Shown: positions 36,248-44,113 of the stretch, piece after piece
Layout of the letters: each line of letters begins with the position of its first letter
How positions within the stretch are numbered: position 1 is the stretch's first letter
Origin: Candidatus Woesearchaeota archaeon
Lineage (GTDB): Archaea; Nanobdellota; Nanobdellia; Pacearchaeales; GW2011-AR1
Direction of reading: 5' to 3'
DNA: 64,000 bases
Assembly (NCBI GenBank): GCA_964608765.1
Contig: CAZSPD010000001.1
Location: 6,373 to 70,372, forward strand
The notes under the pieces: model-generated
Database searches by the model: none
Seen by the model: the letters and a program-made list of their open reading frames with translations, nothing else
What the model was told of the DNA's origin: nothing
Program-made: the position numbers and the translations under genes

Positions 36248-36769
36248 TTATTTCTTCATACCTACTACACTCCTCACCGGAGTAGTTTCTTTTATATTTT
36301 TTCTTTTAATGCCAGAACCCTTCTTCCTATTACGTCTGAAATTTGCTTTAGTTCTTTGTCCTCTTAATGGAAGTCCTCCAGTATGTCTTAATCCTCTATA
36401 ACTTCTTATCTTTTTCAATCTCTTAATATCAAAATCTTTTCTTAAATCTAAATCTGTTCCAGTAAGATGTTTCTCGTCTCCTTTTTCTAAATCTCTTCTT
36501 CGGTTTAATATATAATCAGGTAAGTCTGGGTTTTTTATAAATTCTGAAATCTTTTGAATTTCTTCTTCAGTAAGACTTCCTATTGTTCTTCTTTTATCTA
36601 TTTTTAATTTTTTACACACTGCATTTGAAAATGACCATGAAACTCCTTTAATTTTAGCTAACCCTGGATAAACCTTCATTCTTCCTTCTATATCTTTGGA
36701 TAGGATTCTAATTAGTTTTTCTTCTCGTTTTTCTTGTTGCTGCATATGAGGGTTTTTATTTTCAGCCAT
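36248..36769 (-). CDS. rps13: 30S ribosomal protein S13 (uS13)
   Basis: IRILSKDIEGRMKVYPGLAKIKGVSWSFSNAVCKKL and the C-terminal GLRHTGGLPLRGQRTKANFRRN are uS13 signatures. Confidence 0.9.
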   Translation of the reverse strand: MAENKNPHMQQQEKREEKLIRILSKDIEGRMKVYPGLAKIKGVSWSFSNAVCKKLKIDKRRTIGSLTEEEIQKISEFIKNPDLPDYILNRRRDLEKGDEKHLTGTDLDLRKDFDIKRLKKIRSYRGLRHTGGLPLRGQRTKANFRRNRKKGSGIKRKNIKETTPVRSVVGMKK

Positions 36770-36770
36770 T

Positions 36771-37316
36771 TTATTGTGTTTTATTTGTAAAAAGATTGTA
36801 TCTTTCTATCTGAGTTAATTCTTGAAAGATTCTTCTTTCAATAGCTTTTTCAGGATCAGGGAGATTTTGAATTCTCTGTTTCATTTCCTGAAAAGATTCA
36901 AATTCTTTTTCTTTTCTTTGTTTTAATATTTCCTGCATGTGCTTTTTCCCTAATCCAGGTAATAATTCTATCTGATGAATTCTTTTGTTTATTGCATCAG
37001 ACTTGTTGAAAAATTCAACATATTCTTTCTCTTTTTCTTTAATAACTTGCTTTATAAATTCTCCTAATTGGTACTTTGCACTTTCTGTGAGCTTTTCTCT
37101 ATGTAATCTCCCAAGAATATAATATATTTTTTCCCGTTTACCTTCGCCAATATAAACTTTCTCACCTATTTTTAATTCAATTCCTCTTCTAGGAACAAGT
37201 TCAAGAAGAACCAATGTATTTTCCCCTATAGCCTGCGCTATAGGCATCATTTTTTTCTCCAACGGATATCCGTTCGGGAGATATTCTAAGATTATTGCAT
37301 TTTCTTCTTTTCCCAT
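36771..37316 (-). CDS. DUF655-like putative RNA-binding protein (OB-fold plus HhH)
   Basis: N-terminal OB-like segment (AIILEYLPNGYP...) and a C-terminal HhH-like segment (ELLPGLGKKHMQEILKQR). Its position between rps13 and rpoF/rpl21e matches the conserved archaeal synteny. Confidence 0.55.
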   Translation of the reverse strand: MGKEENAIILEYLPNGYPLEKKMMPIAQAIGENTLVLLELVPRRGIELKIGEKVYIGEGKREKIYYILGRLHREKLTESAKYQLGEFIKQVIKEKEKEYVEFFNKSDAINKRIHQIELLPGLGKKHMQEILKQRKEKEFESFQEMKQRIQNLPDPEKAIERRIFQELTQIERYNLFTNKTQ

Positions 37317-37321
37317 ATTCT

Positions 37322-37627
37322 TTATATGAATCCTTTAATTGTGTCAAGTATCTTTTTTGTTTCATTCTCATCTAAGCTAATATCAATAAATATTTTATTT
37401 ATTTCTTCTGGCTTTTCTGGAAGAATGTCAATAAGTTTTGAGATATTCATTGTATTAAGTTTAATTATATCTAACTCTTCAAGTTTCTTTCTGAGTTCCT
37501 TAGCTTTTTTAGAGGTTAGTTTATTAAATTTTTTAGCAAACTCTAAAACAGGTTTTTCAGCTTTTTTCTCCTTCTCCATATATTCTAGGGATTCTGCCAT
37601 GCTTAGGGGAGTCATACTGTTTATCAT
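37322..37627 (-). CDS. Possible RNA polymerase subunit F (Rpo4/RpoF)-like protein
   Basis: About 100 aa, acidic and helical, with AKELRKKLEEL...ISKLIDILPE resembling Rpb4/RpoF helices. The L21e-RpoF-DUF655 synteny supports the call. Assignment is tentative. Confidence 0.4.
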   Translation of the reverse strand: MINSMTPLSMAESLEYMEKEKKAEKPVLEFAKKFNKLTSKKAKELRKKLEELDIIKLNTMNISKLIDILPEKPEEINKIFIDISLDENETKKILDTIKGFI

Positions 37628-37628
37628 T

Positions 37629-37889
37629 TTATTTATTATCTTTTATCTTTTTTAAGTGTATTGGGGAGATTATGAATGTCTTTTCCTTTTTCAAATCCAT
37701 TATTTTTACAGCGTAACTTCTTCCAATTTTTTTATCTATTTTCCCTGTTCTTCCTTGTAATCTCTTTGGGAATGAAGTGTTTAATGATTTTTCAACTACA
37801 ACTGCAACAAAATCTCCTTCTTTAAATTTTTGAAAATACTTGCTAAGTTGGATTTTTCCCCTAGTTCTTACAGGCTTTCTCTTTGTCAT
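37629..37889 (-). CDS. rpl21e: 50S ribosomal protein L21e
   Basis: KRKPVRTRGKIQLSKYF...GDFVAVVVEKS...LQGRTGKI matches eL21. Confidence 0.8.
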   Translation of the reverse strand: MTKRKPVRTRGKIQLSKYFQKFKEGDFVAVVVEKSLNTSFPKRLQGRTGKIDKKIGRSYAVKIMDLKKEKTFIISPIHLKKIKDNK

Positions 37890-37926
37890 ATAATACCCAG
37901 AAAAATTCTATTTAAAAAACTATCCT

Positions 37927-38184
37927 TTACATGAAACTTATTCTAGAATTACCTAGTTTTGCAGGAGGTTCATTCAATCCAACATTAGAATTACACAAGT
38001 CTCCTTTTTCATTAGCCTCTTCCATATTTTTTAAAATAGCGTTAAACATTTTTTCTCCCCAGACTCCAACCCCACATCTATTACACACATCAAGAGTTCT
38101 ATCATCAGTAATTTCTCCTTTACAATAAATACATTTTTTAGTCATTTTACACCCTTTTTTAATTTCAATTCTCTCTTTAATCAA
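37927..38184 (-). CDS. Cys4 zinc-ribbon protein (hypothetical)
   Basis: CIYCKGEI...(17 aa)...CNRCG. Confidence 0.4.
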   Translation of the reverse strand: MIKERIEIKKGCKMTKKCIYCKGEITDDRTLDVCNRCGVGVWGEKMFNAILKNMEEANEKGDLCNSNVGLNEPPAKLGNSRISFM

Positions 38185-38299
38185 AATTGGTTTTTAAATT
38201 TTTGTGTAATTGCTTATGCAATTTAAATACATTTTTTATAAAGATACTATCAAAAAAAGGCATAGTAAGCTTTAAAAATATCATTTAAGCATTAATTAT

Positions 38300-38497
38300 A
38301 TGATAATTCCAGTTAGATGCTTCTCATGCGGAAAACCAGTAGGGCACTTATGGGAAGAATATAAGAAACGTGTAGCTCAAGGAGAAAATTCTAAAAAAGT
38401 CCTTGATGAATTAGGGGTAGAAAGATTTTGTTGCAGAGCAATCTTTTTAGGACAAGAAGATCATTTAGAGTTGGTTGCTAAATTTAAAAAATCCTAG
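38300..38497 (+). CDS. rpoN: DNA-directed RNA polymerase subunit N (Rpo10/RpoN)
   Basis: MIIPVRCFSCGKPVGHLWEEY...LGVERFCCRAIFLGQEDHLELV matches Rpb10/RpoN, including the CFSCGK and RFCCR motifs. Confidence 0.85.
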   Translation: MIIPVRCFSCGKPVGHLWEEYKKRVAQGENSKKVLDELGVERFCCRAIFLGQEDHLELVAKFKKS

Positions 38498-38500
38498 ATA

Positions 38501-39547
38501 ATGAGAATTAAAGTTTTATTCTCTTTATTATCTCCATTATTCTTTATTATTTTTTCTAGTGTTTTTATCTCAAGTAGTGAATTAGTTCACAATAAAACAA
38601 TAAATTTATCTGAATTAAGTTTAGAAGAGAAAGTGGGACAACTGATGTTTGTAAAACCTTCAGGATTAAATTTAGATTATTTAAATGAATTACATGTTGG
38701 AGGTATTTTCCTCAATAATTTTAATTCTGAAGAAGAGTATAAAGAAGTAATCTCTTTTTATCAATCTAATTCTAAAATTCCTCTTTTTGTTGCAACTGAT
38801 TTAGAAGGGTATTGGAATCCTTTTAATAGTTTTTATAATTCTCTTTCTTTTGGAGATATTCAATCAAGCAAAGAAGCATATGATTTAGGAAAATCTCATG
38901 GAGAAATTTTAAAAGAATTAGGGTTTAATTTAGATTTTTCACCTATTGTTGAAACTAAGAATAATGTTTGGAATTACAGAACATTTACAGGGGCACCAGA
39001 GGAGATTAAAGGAAAAATTTCTAATTATATTAAAGGGCTTCACGATGAAGAAATATTTGCAACAGCTAAGCACTATCCAGGAGGAAGTTTGATTAAAGAC
39101 CCTCATAAATTTAAATACAAAGCAAATATCTCAGAAGAAGAACTTTCTTATTTTGATTTTGCAATTTCTCAAAAAGTTGATTTTGTAATGGTCGGACACC
39201 CTGTTGTCTATGGCTCAATAAATTCTAAAAATAAACAAGCTTCAATTTCTCCAGAAGTAATAAACACTCTAAAAACTAAATTTAATGGGATTATAATCAC
39301 AGATGCAATTACAATGAATGGATTAAGAGTTTCATATTTACTTAATTTTAAAAAAGTGTATCCTGACTTAGTTTTAGCAGGAAACGATATTATATTAGAT
39401 ACACATAAAAGATCTAGTTACAAACATTTAGTAAAACGAAGGAACAAACTTCTAAAAGATGTTTTAAATAAGAAAGTTTCTATTGAAAGAATAGATGAGT
39501 CCCTTGAAAAAATCCTTAAATTAAAGGGATATACTATAGTAAAGTGA
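38501..39547 (+). CDS. Secreted glycoside hydrolase family 3 N-terminal-domain protein (beta-N-acetylhexosaminidase/NagZ-like)
   Basis: Signal peptide plus GH3 motifs (GGIFLNNF, ATDLEGYWNPF, AKHYPGG, GHPVVYG). Confidence 0.65.
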   Translation: MRIKVLFSLLSPLFFIIFSSVFISSSELVHNKTINLSELSLEEKVGQLMFVKPSGLNLDYLNELHVGGIFLNNFNSEEEYKEVISFYQSNSKIPLFVATDLEGYWNPFNSFYNSLSFGDIQSSKEAYDLGKSHGEILKELGFNLDFSPIVETKNNVWNYRTFTGAPEEIKGKISNYIKGLHDEEIFATAKHYPGGSLIKDPHKFKYKANISEEELSYFDFAISQKVDFVMVGHPVVYGSINSKNKQASISPEVINTLKTKFNGIIITDAITMNGLRVSYLLNFKKVYPDLVLAGNDIILDTHKRSSYKHLVKRRNKLLKDVLNKKVSIERIDESLEKILKLKGYTIVK

Positions 39548-39572
39548 GTCATTAAATCAGATTAAAATATTT

Positions 39573-39684
39573 AAGACAGCTTGCTATTTTCCCATCTTTT
39601 CGGACAGTACAGATAACAACATAGGGTGCTTAACTTCTGTGTTCGGAAAGGGAACAGGTGTTACCAACCTATTATGGCTGTCTC
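39573..39684 (-). rRNA. rrf: 5S ribosomal RNA
   Basis: The reverse complement contains the universally conserved loop-B/helix-III element UUCCCUUUCCGAACACAGAAGUUAAGCACC. The terminal helix-I pairing is GACAGC/GCUGUC. Length about 112 nt; the exact ends are +/- 5 nt. Confidence 0.65.
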
Positions 39685-39746
39685 AAAAATTCAATTTCTT
39701 TCTGGTTTATAAACCTTTTTATAGACTTAATTTCTTATTTTTTCAA

Positions 39747-39830
39747 GTGGGGTTGCCGGAGTGGTCAAACGGGCGAGATTAAGGCTCTCGTAGCTTAGTG
39801 CTTACACAGGTTCGAATCCTGTACCTCACA
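39747..39830 (+). tRNA. tRNA-Leu, type II. The anticodon loop UUAAGGC reads as AAG at canonical positions.
   Basis: Acceptor GUGGGGU/ACCUCAC, D-arm CCGG-AGUGGUCAAA-CGGG, anticodon stem CGAGA/UCUCG, a long variable arm, T-arm ACAGG-UUCGAAU-CCUGU, and discriminator A. The sequence closely resembles the tRNA-Leu(CAA) at 29411. Confidence 0.75.
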
Positions 39831-39893
39831 TTAATTTTGTATTATATTCTCAATAAGATATAACTTTAAAAGAAAGTATTTTTTGTAAATAAA

Positions 39894-40850
39894 ATGAGGA
39901 TATTAGTTACTGGAGGAGCAGGATTTATTGGAAGCCATCTTTGCAGATTCCTTCTTGAAAAAGGAAATGAGGTAATTTGTTTAGATAATTTTTTTACAGG
40001 GAGGAAAAGAAATGTGGCTCCTTTGTTAAATAATCCTAAATTCAAGATAATTCCTCATGATATTACAGATACTCAGGTAAGATTGGATCAAAAAATACCT
40101 CAAGGAGTAGATCAAATTTATAATCTTGCTTGTCCTGCAGCCCCAATCCATTATCAATTTGATCCAATAGAAACAATTAAATCAAACACTATTGGAGTAA
40201 TAAATGTTTTGGAATTCGCAAAATTAAACGGAGCAAGAGTTCTTCAGGCGTCAACTTCAGAGATTTATGGAGAACCTTTAGAACACCCTCAAAAAGAAAC
40301 ATATAATGGAAACGTTAATACTCTTGGACCAAGAGCATGTTATGATGAAGGAAAAAGAGTGGCAGAGGCATTATTTACAAGTTATCATAGAAAATATAAA
40401 TTGCCTATAAGAATAGCAAGGATATTTAATACTTATGGGCCAAACATGAACAAAGAAGATGGAAGAGTCGTGAACAATTTCATTATTCAGGCATTGCAAG
40501 GAGAACCTCTTACAATTTATGGAGAAGGGAATCAAACTAGAAGTTTTTGTTATGTTGATGATCTAATTGAAAGTTTATACCGTATGATGAACCAAACCCA
40601 AACAATCGGTCCAATAAATCTGGGGAATCCAGGAGAATTTACAATAAATGATTTGGCAAAAAAAGTGATAAAAATGACTAAATCTAATTCAAAGATAATT
40701 TACAAAGAATTACCTCAAGACGACCCAACTCAAAGAAAACCAGATATAACTTTAGCAACTAATATACTAAAATGGAAACCTCGAATAAATCTTGACAGGG
40801 GTTTATCTAAAACTATTCCCTACTTTAAATCAATTCTTTTTCTTAAGTAA
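39894..40850 (+). CDS. uxs: UDP-glucuronate decarboxylase (UDP-xylose synthase), SDR family
   Basis: [17 protein letters not shown]...[15 protein letters not shown] and the downstream YDEGKR match UXS/ArnA-type decarboxylases along the full length. Confidence 0.8.
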   Translation: MRILVTGGAGFIGSHLCRFLLEKGNEVICLDNFFTGRKRNVAPLLNNPKFKIIPHDITDTQVRLDQKIPQGVDQIYNLACPAAPIHYQFDPIETIKSNTIGVINVLEFAKLNGARVLQASTSEIYGEPLEHPQKETYNGNVNTLGPRACYDEGKRVAEALFTSYHRKYKLPIRIARIFNTYGPNMNKEDGRVVNNFIIQALQGEPLTIYGEGNQTRSFCYVDDLIESLYRMMNQTQTIGPINLGNPGEFTINDLAKKVIKMTKSNSKIIYKELPQDDPTQRKPDITLATNILKWKPRINLDRGLSKTIPYFKSILFLK

Positions 40851-40897
40851 CCGGCTTATAGCAGTTTTTTTAAATGGTAATTGTTCTTAATAATTAT

Positions 40898-40972
40898 GCA
40901 TCCGTAACTCAGTCCGGATAGAGTACCTCCGTCCTAAGGAGGGAGTCGAAGGTTCAAATCCTTCCGGATGCA
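40898..40972 (+). tRNA. tRNA-Arg (anticodon CCU)
   Basis: Acceptor GCAUCCG/CGGAUGC, D-arm ACUC/GAGU, anticodon stem CCUCC/GGAGG with loop GUCCUAA, T-arm GAAGG-UUCAAAU-CCUUC. Confidence 0.75.
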
Positions 40973-40979
40973 CTTACTC

Positions 40980-41465
40980 TTATCGCATAGCAGAGTTTAT
41001 TATTAACCAGAAAGTAACTGCTACGGCTTCTGTAGCTAGTAAATAACTCCAAGATATTTTATAATTCCCTCTCATTTTAAATAATAAATATATAAGAATA
41101 ATTGATTGTAAAACTATAACATGAAAATATATAAAAAATTCAGTAAAAAAATATTCTGCCCATCTGTATATATGAGGGCTAGTGAAAGCAGCTATTACTA
41201 AAGTAATTAAAAATCCAGAAAAAAAATCCCCTTTTTTCTTTCCTTCTTGCTTAGTCTTTTTTGAAAATAATGTGAATAATCCTATTTGAAGAGAGTTAGA
41301 GAAAGCATATGCAAGGCTAAGTCCTATAAACCACGAAAACGAGGATTGTATTAATTCAAATACTTCTTTAAACAGACTGAAATTATATTTTTCAAGAAGA
41401 GTTATTACACTCATAAGGAAGAAAATTATTGCTTCTATTATAAGAAACTTTTTTAATTTCCTCAT
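40980..41465 (-). CDS. Membrane protein (hypothetical), about 5 TM helices
   Basis: ORF with multiple hydrophobic helices. Confidence 0.4.
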   Translation of the reverse strand: MRKLKKFLIIEAIIFFLMSVITLLEKYNFSLFKEVFELIQSSFSWFIGLSLAYAFSNSLQIGLFTLFSKKTKQEGKKKGDFFSGFLITLVIAAFTSPHIYRWAEYFFTEFFIYFHVIVLQSIILIYLLFKMRGNYKISWSYLLATEAVAVTFWLIINSAMR

Positions 41466-41557
41466 CTAATAAATTATTTTTAAGGGTTAATAAATATGTC
41501 TTTACACTATTTTCAAAACAAAAACCTTTAAAACACTCTTAAATAAGAATATATTGT

Positions 41558-41628
41558 GCGTGGGTAGTTCAGCGGCAGAATCTCTGGCTTCCAACCAGAT
41601 GACCCGGGTTCGAATCCCGGCTCGCGCA
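41558..41628 (+). tRNA. tRNA-Gly (anticodon UCC)
   Basis: Acceptor GCGUGGG/CUCGCGC, anticodon stem UCUGG/CCAGA with loop CUUCCAA, T-arm CCGGG-UUCGAAU-CCCGG, 71 nt. Confidence 0.75.
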
Positions 41629-41640
41629 TATGAACCTAAA

Positions 41641-42543
41641 ATGGAAGAAAATACAAAACCCAAATTTAAATTAGGAGAATGGCATGATAAGCATCATAAA
41701 AAATTGCTTTTAATTCCACTATCTCTTTTAATATTTTCACTAGTTTATTTAGGTGTTTTTTATTCTCAACACGGAGACATTTTTTTAAAAGACATTTCTC
41801 TTTCAGGAGGAACTTCTGTAACAATTAATGGAGAATTAGATAAAATATCCCTTGAAAAAAGTTTAATTGATGAGTTTGGAGATGCAAATATTAGAGTAAT
41901 CTCTGATTTAATAACAGGAGAGCAATTAGCAACAATTATTGAAGTTAGTGCAGAAACAGAGGAAACAAAAGCATTTTTAGAAGATTATTTAGGATATAAA
42001 TTAACAGAGGAAAATAGTAGCTTCGAGTATTCTGAATCTTCATTCACAAAAGATTTGTATAGACAATTAATGCTTTCACTTGCTTTAGCATTTTTACTTA
42101 TGACTATTGTGGTTTTTATTTTATTTAGAAGTTTCGTGCCTTCAATAACAGTAGTTATGTGTGTTTTAATAAATATTATTATGACTATTGCAGTAGTCAA
42201 CTTGTTTGGAATAAAAATATCAACTGGAGGAATAATTGCATTTTTAATGCTTATAGGGTATTCTGTTGATACAGACATTCTACTTACAAATAGATTATTA
42301 AAAAGAAGAGATGGAACATTAAATCAAAGAATTGCAGGTTCTGTTAAAACTGGGATTACAATGACACTCACTTCTTTATTTGCTATTTTAGCTTCACTTT
42401 TCGTAGTAAAATCCTTCTCATCAATTTTAACTCAAATATTCTTAATAATTTCAATAGGTTTATTTTTTGATTTAATTAATACTTGGATTACAAATGTTTC
42501 AATACTTAAATGGTATATTAATTCAAAGGAGAATAAAAAATGA
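41641..42543 (+). CDS. secF: Protein-export membrane protein SecF. The track ORF begins at 41554 but its first 29 codons overlap tRNA-Gly; the likely start is ATG 41641.
   Basis: SecD/SecF-type C-terminal 6-TM domain (FRSFVPSITVV...GYSVDTDILLTNRL). It is followed, with a 4-bp overlap, by the larger SecD. Confidence 0.7.
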   Translation: MEENTKPKFKLGEWHDKHHKKLLLIPLSLLIFSLVYLGVFYSQHGDIFLKDISLSGGTSVTINGELDKISLEKSLIDEFGDANIRVISDLITGEQLATIIEVSAETEETKAFLEDYLGYKLTEENSSFEYSESSFTKDLYRQLMLSLALAFLLMTIVVFILFRSFVPSITVVMCVLINIIMTIAVVNLFGIKISTGGIIAFLMLIGYSVDTDILLTNRLLKRRDGTLNQRIAGSVKTGITMTLTSLFAILASLFVVKSFSSILTQIFLIISIGLFFDLINTWITNVSILKWYINSKENKK

Positions 42544-44075
42544 AAAAATTAGGATTTAAGATTTGGCTTTACATAATTGTTTTAACACTAACAATTATGT
42601 CTATTTTTGTATCTTCAAATGGTATAACTTTCCTTCAAAAAGGAGTTTTAATAACAAGTGTAGAACAAAATTCAAGTGCATTTGAAGCTGGACTTAGACA
42701 AGGACAAATAATAACAGAGATTAATGGGTATAAAATAGATAATTTACAATCTTACACAGAATATCTTCAAGATAATTTCCCTTATGAACAAGAAACAAAA
42801 ATAATTATAAAAACAAAAAATGATGAAGCACTGCTATACACTAAACACTCTCCAAATATAACAGTATCATCTATCCCTAAATCAACTCTAAAAACAGGGC
42901 TAGATTTATCTGGAGGTGCAAGAGCAATAATTAGTGCAGAGGGAGTTGAATTAACTAGTCAAGAAGCAAAAGATTTATCTGATATAATATCAAATAGAAT
43001 AAACTACTATGGGCTTAAAGATATTCAAACAGCTCCTTTCTCAGATTTGTCAGGGAATAATTACATAAGAATAGAAATTGCAGGTGCTACACCTAAAGAT
43101 TTAAGCTCTATGATTGAAAGCCAAGGTAAATTTGAAGCTAAAATAGGAAACGAAACAGTATTTATTGGGGGAGAGAGAGATATATCCTCTGTATGTAGAA
43201 ATGATGCTACTTGTTCATACATTCAATCGTGCGACCAAATTTCTCCAAACGAATATGCTTGTAGATTTATATTTACAATTTATTTAAGTCAAGAAGCTGC
43301 AGAAAGACACGCAGCAATAACAGGTAATGTTTCTATAAACTCTTCAAACCCAGAATATTTATCTGAACCTTTGAATTTATATCTTGATAATGTTCTTGTT
43401 GAGACTCTTTTAATAAGCAAAAATCTTAAAGGAGAAGTTACAACTCAGATAGCTATTTCAGGTTCAGGAGTAGGTTCTACAAACGAAGAAGCATATGATG
43501 CTGCTAAAGAGAGCATGCGTAACCTTCAAACAATTTTAATAACAGGAAGTTTCCCATACAAATTAAAAATATTAAAATTAGATGTTATCTCTCCTAATTT
43601 GGGAAGTAATTTCACCAAAGCAATTTTTCTTGCGGGATTTTTTGCTCTGTTTTGCGTAGCTTTAGTAGTGTTCTTTAGATATAGGAAAATAAAACAATCT
43701 TTTGCAGTATTGGGAATAGGAACATCTGAGATAATAATAACTTTAGGTATTGCTGCATTCTTAAATATAAATTTAGATTTATCCGCAATAGTAGGAGTTT
43801 TAGCAGCAATAGGAACAGGAGTTAATGATCAAATTGTTATGTTAGATGAAGCTAAAAGAAAAACATCTTCTTCAAGTATAAAATCAAGAATAAAAAACGC
43901 ATTTGAAATTATTATGGGTGCGTATTTAACACTTGTAGCAGCAATGATACCGCTTTATATTGTAGGAGGGGGTTTATTGAAAGGATTTGCTTCTACAACA
44001 ATTATTGGACTAACATTAGGTATACTTGTAACAAGGCCTGCATTTGGAGAAATGTTAAAGAGAATGGAAGAATAG
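42540..44075 (+). CDS. secD: Protein-export membrane protein SecD
   Basis: N-terminal TM, a large extracytoplasmic domain, and a C-terminal 6-TM SecD_SecF domain (GIGTSEIIITLG...GTGVNDQIVMLDEAKR). Confidence 0.7.
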   Translation: MKKLGFKIWLYIIVLTLTIMSIFVSSNGITFLQKGVLITSVEQNSSAFEAGLRQGQIITEINGYKIDNLQSYTEYLQDNFPYEQETKIIIKTKNDEALLYTKHSPNITVSSIPKSTLKTGLDLSGGARAIISAEGVELTSQEAKDLSDIISNRINYYGLKDIQTAPFSDLSGNNYIRIEIAGATPKDLSSMIESQGKFEAKIGNETVFIGGERDISSVCRNDATCSYIQSCDQISPNEYACRFIFTIYLSQEAAERHAAITGNVSINSSNPEYLSEPLNLYLDNVLVETLLISKNLKGEVTTQIAISGSGVGSTNEEAYDAAKESMRNLQTILITGSFPYKLKILKLDVISPNLGSNFTKAIFLAGFFALFCVALVVFFRYRKIKQSFAVLGIGTSEIIITLGIAAFLNINLDLSAIVGVLAAIGTGVNDQIVMLDEAKRKTSSSSIKSRIKNAFEIIMGAYLTLVAAMIPLYIVGGGLLKGFASTTIIGLTLGILVTRPAFGEMLKRMEE

Positions 44076-44113
44076 AGTTAGAGTATTTGTAAAATATTTT
44101 ACAATTTTAAATT

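Noticed and set aside
37326-37655. Plus-strand 109-aa ORF
   Set aside because: It is antisense to the RpoF-like and L21e genes and translates to an S/F/I-rich low-complexity product.
41554-41640. N-terminal 29 codons of the track ORF 41554..42543
   Set aside because: This stretch is the translation of tRNA-Gly(UCC) at 41558-41628. The real secF start is most likely ATG 41641.
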